A DNA stretch of 32,000 bases, taken from contig NZ_JAYKGW010000128.1 of the NCBI RefSeq assembly GCF_035285525.1, positions 1 through 32,000 of the forward strand, read 5' to 3'. The notes beneath the pieces are model-generated. The model searched no databases and was not told the DNA's origin. It saw only the letters and a list, made by a program, of their open reading frames with translations. The DNA is from Okeania sp. (lineage in GTDB: Bacteria > Cyanobacteriota > Cyanobacteriia > Cyanobacteriales > Microcoleaceae). Position 1 is the stretch's first letter; each line of letters opens with the position of its first letter. The translations under genes were made by a program, and so were the position numbers. This document shows, in pieces, positions 7,290 through 18,678 of this stretch.

Positions 7290-9296
7290 CTATAATTCTC
7301 CTAATGGAACTTTAATTAAATCCTGAATAGTAGTTAGTCTTAATCTTTCTAATTCTCGAATCCATTCTGATTCCGAATAAAATTTTTCTTGATACTTTTT
7401 AGCTAATTCAGACTCAACCGATAAATCTGTTTTTTGCCACTTATTTAAAATTGCACTCCGACGTTTTATCGACATAATTAATTCTATAGTTGCTATTGTA
7501 GAACGAATTTCTAAAGGCGCTCTGAGAAGATTTTTTTTTGTCTTTTCGTCTAAATGAAAAAGATGCTCGACATTAACAAGTTTATCTGGAGTTTCTAAAC
7601 AACTATCCTGTAATTTTGAAATTAAATTATCTGATTCATTCATTTCATTTTCCACAGCAATAATTTGCTGCCACAAGAATCTATTGTCAGATAAATTAAA
7701 CTGTAAATCTCTAGCTTCCATTGCATCTTTCACATCTTGACGATATTTCGGACAATGTAAATAAATGCGCAATAATAAAGATTCTGCTTCTGCCAATAAA
7801 CTTCTTTCTACAGGTGCAGATAAAAGTGATAAATTATTTTTTTTCTCTTTAGTAAAATTTCTATGATTTCGCGGATGAGATTTTAATTGTTTAGCTACGA
7901 GTAAGGGCGGTGATAAAAGTTCATCTTCAGCTAATAACTTTCTCCAATTAATAAAAACTTGAGTTAATAAATTTTCAGAAATTAATGAAACTCTCCGAGC
8001 ATCTCCCTTACTTAAAATTTCGGCACAATATTGTAGATAATAAGTAAGCTGACTATCGTTAGTTATCTTAGTTAAAATTTTAACTATTTCTTGATTTACT
8101 TGAGCATATTCATCTGCCAGACTTAGATTTTTACTTTTTACTATATTTTGAATTTGCCAATCAATCCATAGAGCAGAATTTACCAATAATTCCTGATATT
8201 TTTCAGCAGAATAAGTTCTCAAATATTCATCAGCATCTTTTCCATCAGGAATATTTAAAACTCTTAATTGAACTTCTCCACTATAAGCAAGTTTTTCTAT
8301 TTCTCCAATGGCTCTATCGGTAGCTTTAATACCCGCTCTATCAGCATCAAAATTTAAGATAATTTGTTTAGATTCTGTATAACGTAAAAGTTGTTTAATT
8401 TGAATTGAACTTAACGCCGTACCTAAAGAAGCAACAACATTATTAATTCCGGCAGCATGAAGAGCTATAGCATCAAAATATCCTTCTACAATTACAACTT
8501 TATCCTGTTTAGAAATAGCAGTTTTTGCCTTATCCAAAGCAAACAAAATTTTCCCCTTATCAAATAATTCCGTCTCTGGAGAATTCAAATATTTAGGTTG
8601 TTCATCAGTCAAAGTTCTCCCACCAAAACCAATAACTCTACCTTGCACATCATTAATAGGAATCATCAAGCGATCGCGGAATCTATCGTAATAGCTATTA
8701 CCAGATTTTCTCGGCAAAATTAATCCTGCTTTTTCGACTAATTCTACAGGAAAACTTTTTTGTTCTACGAGATAACCATAAATAGTTTCCCAACCATTGG
8801 GAGCGTAACCAAGTTGAAATTTTTGAATAGTTTCTTCGGAAATTTGACGTGTTTTTTTTAAGTATTCTAAAGCAATTTTTCCTTGAGGTTGGCTTAAGGC
8901 ATATTGATAAAAATTATTAGCTATTGCTAAGATTTCATAAAGTTGTTCCCGGAGTGAAATTTGCCGTTGAAATTCTTGTCTATTTTCTGGTGATTCGGTT
9001 TTAATTTGTATTTGATAACGTCTAGCTAAATCTAAGATTACATCACCAAAAGAAGACTTACCAATTTCCATTAAAAATTTCAAAACATTACCACCTAAAC
9101 CACAACCGAAACAGTAGTACATTTGTTTAGTGGTACTAACAGTAAAGCTAGGAGTTTTTTCTTCATGGAAAGGGCACAACCCTACATAATCTTTCCCTTG
9201 TTTTTTTAAGACAATATGTTCTGAAATAACATCATAAATATCAGCTCTTTGTTTAACTTCTGCTATAGTATCTTGATGAAAACGAAAGTTATTCAT
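7290..9296 (-). CDS. dnaG: DNA primase
   Basis: 668 aa. Zinc-ribbon CPFHEEKTPSFTV...YYCFGCGLGGN, TOPRIM VVIVEGYFDAIALHAAG, and DADRAG. Confidence 0.95.
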   Translation of the reverse strand: MNNFRFHQDTIAEVKQRADIYDVISEHIVLKKQGKDYVGLCPFHEEKTPSFTVSTTKQMYYCFGCGLGGNVLKFLMEIGKSSFGDVILDLARRYQIQIKTESPENRQEFQRQISLREQLYEILAIANNFYQYALSQPQGKIALEYLKKTRQISEETIQKFQLGYAPNGWETIYGYLVEQKSFPVELVEKAGLILPRKSGNSYYDRFRDRLMIPINDVQGRVIGFGGRTLTDEQPKYLNSPETELFDKGKILFALDKAKTAISKQDKVVIVEGYFDAIALHAAGINNVVASLGTALSSIQIKQLLRYTESKQIILNFDADRAGIKATDRAIGEIEKLAYSGEVQLRVLNIPDGKDADEYLRTYSAEKYQELLVNSALWIDWQIQNIVKSKNLSLADEYAQVNQEIVKILTKITNDSQLTYYLQYCAEILSKGDARRVSLISENLLTQVFINWRKLLAEDELLSPPLLVAKQLKSHPRNHRNFTKEKKNNLSLLSAPVERSLLAEAESLLLRIYLHCPKYRQDVKDAMEARDLQFNLSDNRFLWQQIIAVENEMNESDNLISKLQDSCLETPDKLVNVEHLFHLDEKTKKNLLRAPLEIRSTIATIELIMSIKRRSAILNKWQKTDLSVESELAKKYQEKFYSESEWIRELERLRLTTIQDLIKVPLGEL

Positions 9297-9317
9297 ATTA
9301 AATCAGGGAAGAGTATG

Positions 9318-9475
9318 GATAATTGATAATTGATAATTGATAATTAGGGTTTACTGAAAAAGTCTGTTTGCCAAAACAGGGAATAGTGTGGATAATTGAT
9401 AATGGATAATTTATAATGGATAATTGATAATTAGGGTTTACTGAAAAAGTCTGTTTGCCAAAACAGGGAATAGTG
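9318..9475. repeat. Tandem 87-bp duplication: heptamer array (GATAATT)n plus the 5' end of dispersed repeat family A
   Basis: (GATAATT)x4 at 9318-9345. TTAGGGTTTACTGAAAAAGTCTGTTTGCCAAAACAGGGAATAGTG occurs at 9344-9388 and identically at 9431-9475. Confidence 0.9.
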
Positions 9476-10019
9476 AATATTCAAGAAGAATAGGGAGTTA
9501 TAGAAGAGATGCACAGTTCCCGATAAATTGGAAAAATTATCAAAATAATATGGGTCTAAAACCTCGCCTTTTAAGGCGAAATATTTTTGGAGCGGAGCTC
9601 AAATCTCCGTTACAAAAATCACTTCTGACTTCTGACTTCTAACTTTTGAATTCGTTACCCCCCAACTCTTATCTAAATACTACTTGAGAAGTCTTATTAA
9701 CCAAAAATATATTACTATCTTACCACCTAAGAAAGCACTTACCTTTATATGTAAATGCTTTGAGATTTCCATACGCAAACCCTAATATAAGTTGTATAAG
9801 TTCATAAGGAAAATTAATTATATATTCTATTAGGAACTTCCAATCTTATCCATAAATTATCAATTATTTCTCCCTATTCCCTGCTCCCTATTCCCTATTC
9901 CCTGTTCTCTGCTTAAAAATAATTAATGTGTAACCATTAGATATAAAATATAATAAATAAACTTGATATTCGGCTAGAACATCAAAATATCTAGCCAGTT
10001 ATGAGGAAGTGGGTGTTCG

Positions 10020-10709
10020 GTGTTCCAACGTATAACGCAAAGCTTAAAAAATGACCTAATCGCTGGTCTATTGGTAGTAATACCCTTGGCTACCACAATT
10101 TGGCTGACTATAACTATTGCTAGGTGGGTAATTAATTTTCTCACCAAAATTCCCAAACAAATTAATCCGTTTGATGGTTTACATCCAGCTTTAGTGGGTT
10201 TACTAAACTTTTTAGTAGGATTAGCAGTACCATTGCTTAGTATCCTCATCATAGGATTGATGGCAAGAAATATTGCCGGAAAATGGCTGTTAGATTTAGG
10301 GGAGAAAATATTACAAGCTATTCCATTTGCTGGCTCAGTTTATGGTACTCTTAAGCAAATATTAGAAACTTTACTCAAAGATTCCAATGAGAAATTTCGC
10401 CGTGTGGTAGTGGTAGAATACCCACGTCGAGGAGTTTGGACTATAGCTTTTGTGACTGGCGCAGTAAGTAAAGAAATTCAATCTCATCTAGGAGATGAGA
10501 TGTTGAGTCTTTTTATTCCTACAACTCCAAATCCTACATCTGGTTGGTATGCTATTGTGCCAGAAAAGGATGTAATTAATGTTTCTTTGTCGGTAGAAGA
10601 TGCTTTTAAAGTTTTAATATCTGGTGGAATAGTAAGTCCTAATTCATCAACCCCTGTTAGTCAAGAAAAAATATTCAAAAATCAACTTCAACCAAGACTT
10701 CCAGACTAG
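10020..10709 (+). CDS. DUF502 family membrane protein
   Basis: 229 aa. DLIAGLLVVIPLATTIWLT, VVVVEYPRRGVWTIAFVTG, IPTTPNPTSGWYAIVP. GTG at 10020 is the first possible start after an in-frame TGA. Confidence 0.8.
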   Translation: MFQRITQSLKNDLIAGLLVVIPLATTIWLTITIARWVINFLTKIPKQINPFDGLHPALVGLLNFLVGLAVPLLSILIIGLMARNIAGKWLLDLGEKILQAIPFAGSVYGTLKQILETLLKDSNEKFRRVVVVEYPRRGVWTIAFVTGAVSKEIQSHLGDEMLSLFIPTTPNPTSGWYAIVPEKDVINVSLSVEDAFKVLISGGIVSPNSSTPVSQEKIFKNQLQPRLPD

Positions 10710-10889
10710 AGAAAAATATCAATAGATATCTCCTTATTCCAGTTATCAGTTATCAGTTATCAGTGAACCTCTGATCTTAAAAGAAATAGCTGAGGGCTAA
10801 ATGTTTATCTAATAAGAATAAATCGGGAATAGCGGACAATAATTGATGACAAATAGTGGGATAATTGATTTGATTTTTTATTATTCGAG

Positions 10890-11519
10890 ATGTCTATTAT
10901 GAAAAAAGCACCCCGTTCAACAGCTCGCGAATTAGCTCTCCTTGGTTTAAGTCAATTACCAACAAGTTTAGGGAGTTTGGAAAAAAAGCAACTTCAAGAA
11001 TTTGTATTAGCAGCAGTTCGGACTTTAAGGACAGAAGTTCATGATATTTTAGAAACTGCCGCAGTAGAATTACAAAGGGGGAGTGATCGTCTTCTAAGTA
11101 GTGAGATTGGTGCTACTGATATTGAAAGTGCTAGAGTAATGCTTTATGAGGCGATAGAATTAGGCAAAACAGGAATTAATCTTATTGGTGCTGCTGTGGA
11201 ATTACCAGAAATTATTCAACTTACTAATCAGTTAGAAGTTCGGAGTTATACAATGGAAATTCTGACAAAGGTAAATGGTAATAAGGAAGAAATTGATAAA
11301 TTATTGAGAGAATCAATAGTAGATTGGCAAATAGAACGTTTACCTCGAATTGATTTGGATATACTGAGAATTGCAGTAGCAGAAATGATGTTTATTGGAA
11401 TTGAAAAACAGGTGGCGATTAGTCAAGCTGTGGAATTAGCTAAACGTTATAGTGGGGAGGATGGGCATAAGTTTATTAATGGGGTTTTGCGAAGAGTTAT
11501 TAATAAGATTCAAATTTGA
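10890..11519 (+). CDS. nusB: Transcription antitermination factor NusB
   Basis: 209 aa. ARELALLGLSQL, and a C-terminal ERLPRIDLDILRIAVAEMMF...AVELAKRYSGEDGHKFINGVLRRV. Confidence 0.9.
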   Translation: MSIMKKAPRSTARELALLGLSQLPTSLGSLEKKQLQEFVLAAVRTLRTEVHDILETAAVELQRGSDRLLSSEIGATDIESARVMLYEAIELGKTGINLIGAAVELPEIIQLTNQLEVRSYTMEILTKVNGNKEEIDKLLRESIVDWQIERLPRIDLDILRIAVAEMMFIGIEKQVAISQAVELAKRYSGEDGHKFINGVLRRVINKIQI

Positions 11520-11520
11520 G

Positions 11521-11720
11521 GAATAATTTTAGTAGGGAGGGAGTAGGGAGCAGGGAGTAGGGAGTAGTTAAGAGTCAGGAAATAAGAGCTATAGACGAAT
11601 TAGTTCCAAGAATTGTCTCTTAATTTTTCTGTCCTAGTGGGCTGTTTGTGCTAACTTTTTTAACCTTTTTGACCTAAAAGCTGATACTTTTTCTAAACCT
11701 CAAGTTGCTAAAACCATAAT
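11521..11720 (+). repeat. Dispersed repeat family A, partial copy
   Basis: (GGGAGTA)n followed by ATAGACGAATTAGTTCCAAGAATTGTCTCTTAATTTTTC...GCTAACTTTTTTAACCTTTTTGACCTAAAAGCTGATACTTTTTC. Aligns with 28546-28720 and with the reverse complement of 22560-22700. Confidence 0.7.
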
Positions 11721-11759
11721 TAAAAGTAGAATTTGACTCAGATAAAAATTAGACAAAAT

Positions 11760-11933
11760 AACTAAAATTAGTTCAGAGAAACTATAGCCCTATAGTTAAT
11801 ATTCCATTTCCTCACTATTATCTAACCACTCATCTACTTAAATCAAAACTAAAAATTCAATAAACTAAAATTAGTTCAGAGAAACTATAGCCCTATAGTT
11901 AATATTCCATTTCCTGACTATTATCTAACCACT
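11760..11933. repeat. Two 71-bp direct repeat copies (period 103 bp), each with an 8-2-8 dyad AACTATAGCCCTATAGTT
   Basis: Copies are at 11760-11830 and 11863-11933. Dyads are at 11780-11797 and 11883-11900. They lie 100-250 bp upstream of ftsY. Confidence 0.85.
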
Positions 11934-12035
11934 TTTTCAACTACTCCCTACTCCCTACCGATGAAATAAAATTTTCATAGCTAGACAAATTCATTATAGA
12001 ATAGAATATTTAAAATACTAATATCTAAAATAAAT

Positions 12036-13691
12036 ATGGCTTTTAATTGGTTCCGCCGTCAATATAACAACACTCCCGAAAAAACTGTAGAGGAAAAATC
12101 TACTCCTAACCAAGAAAAGGTAGAAACAGCAGTTCAGTCACAAGAAAAATCAACCCAGGAGTCTGCAAAAAGTACAGAAGATTATTTGAGTTGGGCAAAA
12201 ACAGCTTATAAAAACATTCAAAAACAGAAAAAAACTCAAGAAGTATCTTCAACAGATACAGTCGTAACAGACGAACAGGAAGAAACTAAAACAACTTTAA
12301 CAACAACAGAAGTTGAGCCTATTATATCAGACCAGCTCAAAACAGAAGAACCAGAAAATATTCCAGCAGAAAAAATAGAATCTACATCCACAGATACTCA
12401 AGCTGAATCAATTTCAACTTTAGAGGAAAGTACCCCTAAAAAAATAGAATCCCCAGAATTAGAAATTTCCGTAGAATCAGATTCAATAATAGAAGAAACT
12501 ACTCCAGAAACTTCAGCATCCGAAAATTTACCATTTTGGGCTAAAGCTGCTACAGAAAGACAAGCAAGAGTAGAACGTCTCAAAGAAACTGCCATAGAAG
12601 AATCCGAGCCAGGAATTATACCACAAACAACCGTAGATTATCAAATAGAAGAAATAGATCCCTTAATTCTTGATGAAGCATTTCTCTGGTCAGCAGAAGT
12701 TTTAGCAGCTCAAGGTCGTCGCCCAGATCAAGTCTCTGCTGAAGAAATTTCTTGGCTCAAGAAATTACGACAAGGTTTAAATAAAACTCGACGGAACTTG
12801 CTCAACCAATTAAGGGCAATTGTTGGTCAAGGTCCTCTCAATCAAGATGCAGTAATGGAAATAGAATCTATGTTACTACAAGCTGATGTGGGAGTCGAGG
12901 CTACAGATTATATTATAGAAACATTACAAAATAAATTGCGTCAAGAGGTTTTACCTCCAAAAGAGGCGATCGCTTATCTGAAACAAATCTTACGAGATAT
13001 TCTAGATGAGCCATTTAAAGACTTGGAAATAGCTACTCCCGCATATAATTTAACTTTTATCCCGGAAAAGGATACCTTAAATATTTGGCTGTTGAATGGA
13101 GTCAATGGAGCTGGTAAGACCACAACTGTTGGTAAAATTGCCCATTTAGCTAATAAGTCAGATTATAGATGTTTAATAGCAGCAGCAGATACATTTCGAG
13201 CTGCGGCTGTGGAACAATTGAAAGTCTGGGGACAACGAAGTGGGGTAGAAGTAATTGCTAATCCTGGTAAGAATACTGATCCAGCAGCTATAGTTTTTGA
13301 TGCTATAGTAGCAGCTAAAACTAGAAATACAGAATTACTATTGGTAGATACTGCTGGTAGACTACAAAATAAGAAAAATTTGATGGATGAATTAAGTAAA
13401 ATTCATCGCATAGTAGAAAAAAAAGCGCCAGATGCGATAGTAGAATCCTTGCTGGTATTAGATTCTACCCTTGGTCAGAATGGTTTACGCCAAGCAGAGG
13501 TATTTGCCAAAGCTGCTAAATTAAGTGGAGTGGTATTGACAAAACTCGACGGAACTGCTAAAGGTGGTGTTGCACTGGCAGTGGTTAAGCAATTGGGTCT
13601 ACCTATTCGGTTTATTGGTGTGGGAGAAAGTATAGAAGACCTCCGTCCATTTTCTAGTTATGAATTTGTGGAAGCTCTCATCAGTGGCTAA
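12036..13691 (+). CDS. ftsY: Signal recognition particle receptor FtsY
   Basis: 551 aa. Acidic low-complexity N-terminal half, then an NG domain with [22 protein letters not shown] and [10 protein letters not shown]. Confidence 0.95.
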   Translation: MAFNWFRRQYNNTPEKTVEEKSTPNQEKVETAVQSQEKSTQESAKSTEDYLSWAKTAYKNIQKQKKTQEVSSTDTVVTDEQEETKTTLTTTEVEPIISDQLKTEEPENIPAEKIESTSTDTQAESISTLEESTPKKIESPELEISVESDSIIEETTPETSASENLPFWAKAATERQARVERLKETAIEESEPGIIPQTTVDYQIEEIDPLILDEAFLWSAEVLAAQGRRPDQVSAEEISWLKKLRQGLNKTRRNLLNQLRAIVGQGPLNQDAVMEIESMLLQADVGVEATDYIIETLQNKLRQEVLPPKEAIAYLKQILRDILDEPFKDLEIATPAYNLTFIPEKDTLNIWLLNGVNGAGKTTTVGKIAHLANKSDYRCLIAAADTFRAAAVEQLKVWGQRSGVEVIANPGKNTDPAAIVFDAIVAAKTRNTELLLVDTAGRLQNKKNLMDELSKIHRIVEKKAPDAIVESLLVLDSTLGQNGLRQAEVFAKAAKLSGVVLTKLDGTAKGGVALAVVKQLGLPIRFIGVGESIEDLRPFSSYEFVEALISG

Positions 13692-13704
13692 AGATTTATC
13701 TAAG

Positions 13705-13907
13705 CAGTCAGCAGTCAGTATTTAGGGATCAGCTATTTATTTTACTTTATTGATAAAAGCTTTATGATAAGGTTCCCGATCAATCAGAAATTTTATCTGA
13801 CTACAAAATTCAGTTTTCACTTTCTTGATTCGTTTAAATCTCCTCCTTAAGCTTGAGGTTTTTATTGCTGATTGCCCTGTTCCTCCGGAGGCTAACTGAA
13901 TGCTTAG
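13705..13907. repeat. Dispersed intergenic repeat, family B
   Basis: Aligns at both ends with 1219..1372 (CAGCAGTCAGTATTTAG...GATAAAAGCTTT...TTATTGCTGA...CTGAATGCTTA). Confidence 0.6.
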
Positions 13908-14403
13908 AGATTTACTGCTTTTATTCTTGAAAATGAGCGACTTTATCCAAGTAGTAGTTGTGAAAAAAACATAAATTTTTTTCAGTTTCAATAGGGCTAG
14001 CTGATTAAATTTAAAAACCTTTATAGGTAAAGGATTTAGCATTTTTAGGTATCAAAAAGTGCTAGCTTTGAGGTCGCTTAAGTTCATCCATATTAGTATC
14101 TTTGGCTCACTATCACAGAAAAATCACTCAAGCCATTTTTCCAACCAATTTCTTTTTTAATGACTAGGGTTTGCTTGTGGAACTCTGTTAGTGCAGCCAG
14201 GGAACAGGGAACAGGGAAAAAGTTTAGACTATACTGCTATGGCCAAATTTTCTGATAGTCAGGGTAGAAACTTTACCATTTTAGAGAATACAACAGCTAA
14301 AAACCAGGAACTTTTTTCGGAATAAAATGGCTAAAACATTTATCTCTCAATGTTTTGAGATTTAATCAGCAAGCCCTAAATAACAATTAATAATTAATAA
14401 TCA

Positions 14404-14435
14404 CCTCTTCTTGATCAGAAGAGGATTTATTTTCA
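14404..14435 (+). terminator. Rho-independent terminator-like hairpin with no plus-strand ORF upstream
   Basis: CCTCTTCT (14404-14411), loop TGATC, AGAAGAGG (14417-14424), then ATTTATTTTCATCTTT. It sits 700 bp after ftsY and 230 bp before the phosphatase gene. Confidence 0.5.
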
Positions 14436-14664
14436 TCTTTCCAGAAAATAAATAAAGAAAATTCCGGATTTGGTTGCCTCCTGTTGAAGCCAAAGGTACT
14501 GTTAGGGAACTGCAATTTAATCAAATAACCAATATCTTGGGTGCCATTGCACTTTACCCAACCGACAATGGGTACTCTGTTTTTTAATAACTCCCCTACT
14601 TAATGCAATTATCACCCAGGAGACTAACTGAATAACCAATAAATAATACTAACTAATAACTAAA

Positions 14665-16077
14665 ATGACTGTAGTGCCTATATATCGAAACTCCCCCGAA
14701 CCAACTGACCATATTGCCAATGGTAATTCCTCACCCATAATGTCTGTATACGACCTTCAAAAAACCGTAGCCCGCTTACATAAAGAACAACAAAATGTTA
14801 ATGACTTATTAAGTTCCCTCAGTTTTGCCTTGCGTAGCTTCAATAATCTAAATCAATTTCTAGAATTGATTCCACTCATGGGTAGTCGAGTAACCGATGC
14901 AGATGGTGGAGCATTAGTATTATTTAAGCCTAATGGACAAGTGAGATTTCAACAATTACACTGCCAAGAAGGCCAACAATGTCAAGATATTCAACAAGCA
15001 TTGGAAATAGCAACTCGCCAATTGACTACAGAAACAACTCTACCTACTGAATTAGAGGAAATTCCTATTCAAACAGCAAGTTTAGACTACCAAGTAAACA
15101 ACTATCTAGGAAATGATGTTAAATTATTTGGGACATCAATTATCGTCAAAAACTCAGAAAGAGGTCGTTTATATGTATTTAGTCACGACCCAGAATATGT
15201 TTGGACACCAGCAAAACAAAAATTAATTCGCCTAGTAGCAGACCAAACCGCAGTAGCGATCGCTAATGATGAACTCTCTACGTCCTTACGAGAAAAAGAA
15301 CGTTTGGACCGAGAGTTGGAAATAGGGGCAGAAATTCAAGTCCGACTCTTACCACCAGAATGTCCAGAAATTCCTGGTATTTCTCTGGCCGCTCGGTGCG
15401 AAACGGCAAACCGAGTTGGAGGAGATTATTATGACTTTATTCCTTCTAACTATGACCAGGTAAACTCTAAGCAGAAAAAACAGCAACCCTGTCGCTGGAG
15501 TATTGTAATTGGAGATGTGATGGGTAAGGGTGTTCCTGCTGGTTTGATTATGACTATGACCAGGGGTATGTTAAGAGCGGAGGTGTTGAACCGCCATTCA
15601 CCAGCACAAGTTTTACAACACCTTAACCAAGTTATGTATGCTGACCTGGAAAGTTCTCATAGATTTGTCACTTTGTTTTATTCGGAGTATGATCCAGAAA
15701 CCAGAATTTTGTATTATAGTAATGCAGCTCACCATCCACCAATGTTATGGCAAGCTGCTAATAGTTCTATTATGAATTTGGATACTCTGGGAATGTTAAT
15801 TGGTTTGGAAACAGATTCCGAATATAATGAAGCACAAGTACAACTTTATTCAGGAGATACTATTATTTATTACACAGATGGATTTACAGATGCAGCTAAT
15901 AAAAATGGCGATCGCTATGATGATACTAAGTTAAGTGCAGCTTGTAAATTTGCCTGTGAAAATTATCAAAAACCACAAGAAATATTAGATTATTTATTTC
16001 AGGAGGTAGAGCAATTTGTGGGACAAGGAAGTTATAATCCAGATGATATGACTTTAGTGGTAATGAGAGTAGATTAA
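14665..16077 (+). CDS. GAF-domain PP2C-type (SpoIIE/RsbU-like) protein serine phosphatase
   Basis: 470 aa. C-terminal PP2C signatures GGDYYDF, GDVMGKGVPAGLIM, YSNAAHHPP, YTDGFTDA, DDMTLVVMRV. The N-terminal roughly 200 aa are GAF-like. Confidence 0.85.
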   Translation: MTVVPIYRNSPEPTDHIANGNSSPIMSVYDLQKTVARLHKEQQNVNDLLSSLSFALRSFNNLNQFLELIPLMGSRVTDADGGALVLFKPNGQVRFQQLHCQEGQQCQDIQQALEIATRQLTTETTLPTELEEIPIQTASLDYQVNNYLGNDVKLFGTSIIVKNSERGRLYVFSHDPEYVWTPAKQKLIRLVADQTAVAIANDELSTSLREKERLDRELEIGAEIQVRLLPPECPEIPGISLAARCETANRVGGDYYDFIPSNYDQVNSKQKKQQPCRWSIVIGDVMGKGVPAGLIMTMTRGMLRAEVLNRHSPAQVLQHLNQVMYADLESSHRFVTLFYSEYDPETRILYYSNAAHHPPMLWQAANSSIMNLDTLGMLIGLETDSEYNEAQVQLYSGDTIIYYTDGFTDAANKNGDRYDDTKLSAACKFACENYQKPQEILDYLFQEVEQFVGQGSYNPDDMTLVVMRVD

Positions 16078-16462
16078 TAATGATTAATTAATGATGGATG
16101 ATTAATAAGCTAAGACTGATTTAAAATGTTTTTTTAGCAAGTTATAATTCAATTGATAATGGATAATTAATTAATAATGAATGATTGACAAGCTAAGACT
16201 GATTTAAAATGTTTTTTTAGCAAGTTATAATTCAGAATTTATAACATAATCCATAATGATAATTATATTCTTAACTAGGTACATAAAAAAAATATACGCT
16301 TTAAATCATTAACAGCTTAATTGATAATCAGGGTTCGCTGAAAAGAGAAGAGTTTGGAAAAGGTGGAGAGATTGAATTATGGTCTATTGATCATTAATAA
16401 TGGATAATTAATATATAAATTTCCAATATTATAAAAAAAAACTATCAATTTTTCCTCCCTAT

Positions 16463-16529
16463 TTCCTGTTTCCTGTTTCCTGTTTCCTGTTTCCTGTTTC
16501 CTCTCTCCTCTCTCCTCTCTCCTCTCTCA
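16463..16529. repeat. Two abutting heptamer arrays, (TTCCTGT)x5 and (CTCTCCT)x4
   Basis: Direct reading. They lie inside a family A repeat copy (about 16326-16600). Confidence 0.95.
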
Positions 16530-16665
16530 ATCTAAGAAATTAATTTTGCACGACTACTTACTAGAGCAGTTTATATCAGTTCTGGGAAATTTAATCAGCA
16601 GAACAATAACTATATTTTTATTTTTATCAAATACTTTTACTTTTATTAGAGAGAATAATTTATAA

Positions 16666-16905
16666 ATGGTAGAACATATAGCAACTACAGAAATAAACTT
16701 TAATCTAATTCATGACTACATTAATTTTTTGCATTTTTTAGAAATAAAGATATTATATAATTGGCCAACTTTTGCTCAACAAGTTGATGTAGACTTATGG
16801 GCAGATGTGCAAAAAGCTTGGAACAAATTTATAGAATGTGGTCAAGGGACCGCACTATTAGTTGGTCTAATAATCGGTTGGATGGTTAAAAGTATTTTGC
16901 CATAA
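16666..16905 (+). CDS. Hypothetical small protein with C-terminal TM helix
   Basis: 79 aa. The C-terminus WADVQKAWNKFIECGQGTALLVGLIIGWMVKSILP looks like a tail-anchored membrane peptide. No clear SD. Flanked by repeats. Confidence 0.35.
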   Translation: MVEHIATTEINFNLIHDYINFLHFLEIKILYNWPTFAQQVDVDLWADVQKAWNKFIECGQGTALLVGLIIGWMVKSILP

Positions 16906-16934
16906 TTACTCATTATTTATTTAGGGAACAGGAC

Positions 16935-16970
16935 ATAGGGAATAGGGAATAGGGAATAGGGAATAGGGAA
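16935..16970. repeat. Heptamer array (ATAGGGA)x5
   Basis: Direct reading: ATAGGGAATAGGGAATAGGGAATAGGGAATAGGGAA. Confidence 0.9.
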
Positions 16971-17278
16971 TTATAGATAATTGGCATTCGCTGCACCCCT
17001 AGCTATCTCTACAAGAAATAAAATTTAGTATTTTAAACCTCACCTCTAGCTTTAGCCACAAGAATTGATAATGTAAGTATTTAGCCATCAACTATCAGCT
17101 CTCAACTTTTTTGATTACCTTGATTTAAAGGAGAAAAAAATAATAAATATATTTCCAATAAATTAGTTGAAAATATATTAATATGAAATCAAGCATATCC
17201 CGGCTTTATTGATGAAAAAGCTGATAGCTGAATGCTTTGCTTAATAGCTAAATGCTTACTTGATAACTAATAACTGAA

Positions 17279-18673
17279 ATGACTCAAGATAAACCAACCT
17301 GGAGCCAAAGATTTGAAAAGGCATTGCATCCTACCATAGCTAGATTTAATGCTAGTATCAACTTTGATATAGAATTAATTGAACATGATATTAATGGTTC
17401 AATAGCTCATACAAAAATGTTAGCTAAAACCAGAATTATTTCTGCTGAAGAAGGAGAAAAATTATTGACAGGTTTAGAACAAATTCGTCAAGAATATCAA
17501 GCAGGAAAATTTCAGATAATTGAAGATGCAGAAGATGTTCACTTTGCTATAGAAAAAAGACTAATAGAAATAACTGGAGACGTTGGCAAAAAACTACACA
17601 CAGCTAGGTCGAGAAATGACCAAGTAGGAACAGATACTAGACTTTATCTCCGAGAAAAAATTACAGAAATTCAGATTTTATTGAGAAATTTTCAAAAGAT
17701 TATTTTAGAATTAGCAGAGTCTAATATTGACACTTTAATTCCTGGTTATACTCACTTACAAAGAGCGCAACCTTTGAGTTTAGCTCACCATCTTTTAGCT
17801 TATTTTCATAAAGTAGAAAGAGACTGGGAAAGGTTGGGAGATGTTTATCGTCGAGTGAATATTTCTCCTCTTGGTTGTGGTGCTTTAGCAGGTACAACTT
17901 TTCCTATTGATAGACACTACACTGCGGAATTATTAAACTTTGAAAAACCTTATGCTAATAGTTTAGATGGAGTAAGTGACCGAGATTTTATTATTGAGTT
18001 TCTCTCTGCAGCTAGTATAATTATGGTACATTTAAGTAATTTGGCAGAAGAAATAATTTTATGGTCTTCTGAAGAATTTAAGTTTGTTACTTTAACTGAT
18101 GTTTGTGCCACAGGTTCGAGTATTATGCCGCAAAAGAAAAATCCTGATGTACCAGAGTTAGTGAGAGGAAAAACAGGTAGAGTTTTTGGGCATTTACAAG
18201 CTATGTTAGTGGTAATGAAGGGTTTGCCACTTGCATATAATAAAGATTTACAGGAAGATAAAGAAGGTTTATTTGATACTATTAAAACTGTCAAAAGTTG
18301 TCTCGAAGCAATGACAATTTTATTCCAAGAAGGTTTAGAATTTAATAAAAAGCGTCTCACAGAAGCAGTAGCAGAAGATTTCTCTAATGCGACAGACGTA
18401 GCTGACTATTTAGCCACTCGTGGTGTACCATTTAGAGAAGCCTATAATTTAGTAGGTAAAGTTGTGAAAACTTGTATTTCTAGTGGTAAACTACTTAAAG
18501 ATTTAACTTTAGAAGAATGGCAAGAATTACATCCAGCTTTTGCAGCAGATATTTATGAGGCGATCGCCCCCCAGCAAGTAGTATCTGCCAGAAATAGTTA
18601 TGGTGGAACAGGTTTTGCTCAAGTAAAAACAGAAATTACCCTGGCCAAACAGAAGCTTCATAGCTTAATCTAA
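17279..18673 (+). CDS. argH: Argininosuccinate lyase
   Basis: 464 aa. Fumarate-lyase signature [21 protein letters not shown], and the HLQRAQP region. Confidence 0.95.
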   Translation: MTQDKPTWSQRFEKALHPTIARFNASINFDIELIEHDINGSIAHTKMLAKTRIISAEEGEKLLTGLEQIRQEYQAGKFQIIEDAEDVHFAIEKRLIEITGDVGKKLHTARSRNDQVGTDTRLYLREKITEIQILLRNFQKIILELAESNIDTLIPGYTHLQRAQPLSLAHHLLAYFHKVERDWERLGDVYRRVNISPLGCGALAGTTFPIDRHYTAELLNFEKPYANSLDGVSDRDFIIEFLSAASIIMVHLSNLAEEIILWSSEEFKFVTLTDVCATGSSIMPQKKNPDVPELVRGKTGRVFGHLQAMLVVMKGLPLAYNKDLQEDKEGLFDTIKTVKSCLEAMTILFQEGLEFNKKRLTEAVAEDFSNATDVADYLATRGVPFREAYNLVGKVVKTCISSGKLLKDLTLEEWQELHPAFAADIYEAIAPQQVVSARNSYGGTGFAQVKTEITLAKQKLHSLI

Positions 18674-18678
18674 TTTTT

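Noticed and set aside
13737-14042. 101-aa minus-strand ORF
   Set aside because: It lies entirely within family B and family A repeat DNA, is lysine- and phenylalanine-rich and low-complexity, and has no SD. The same reasoning applies to 22564..22794, 22857..23069 and 26552..26806.
16120-16231. Duplicated TTTAAA-17-TATAAT promoter-like matches after the phosphatase gene
   Set aside because: The -35 is weak and the DNA is extremely AT-rich, so such matches are expected by chance. The duplication is real, but a promoter call is not justified.
17950-18360. Antisense ORFs inside well-supported genes
   Set aside because: These are shadow frames opposite or overlapping strong homology-supported CDSs. 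The set also includes 1388..1642, 1762..1959, 9974..10252, 12398..12595, 20881..21063, 24827..25021 and 28200..28478.
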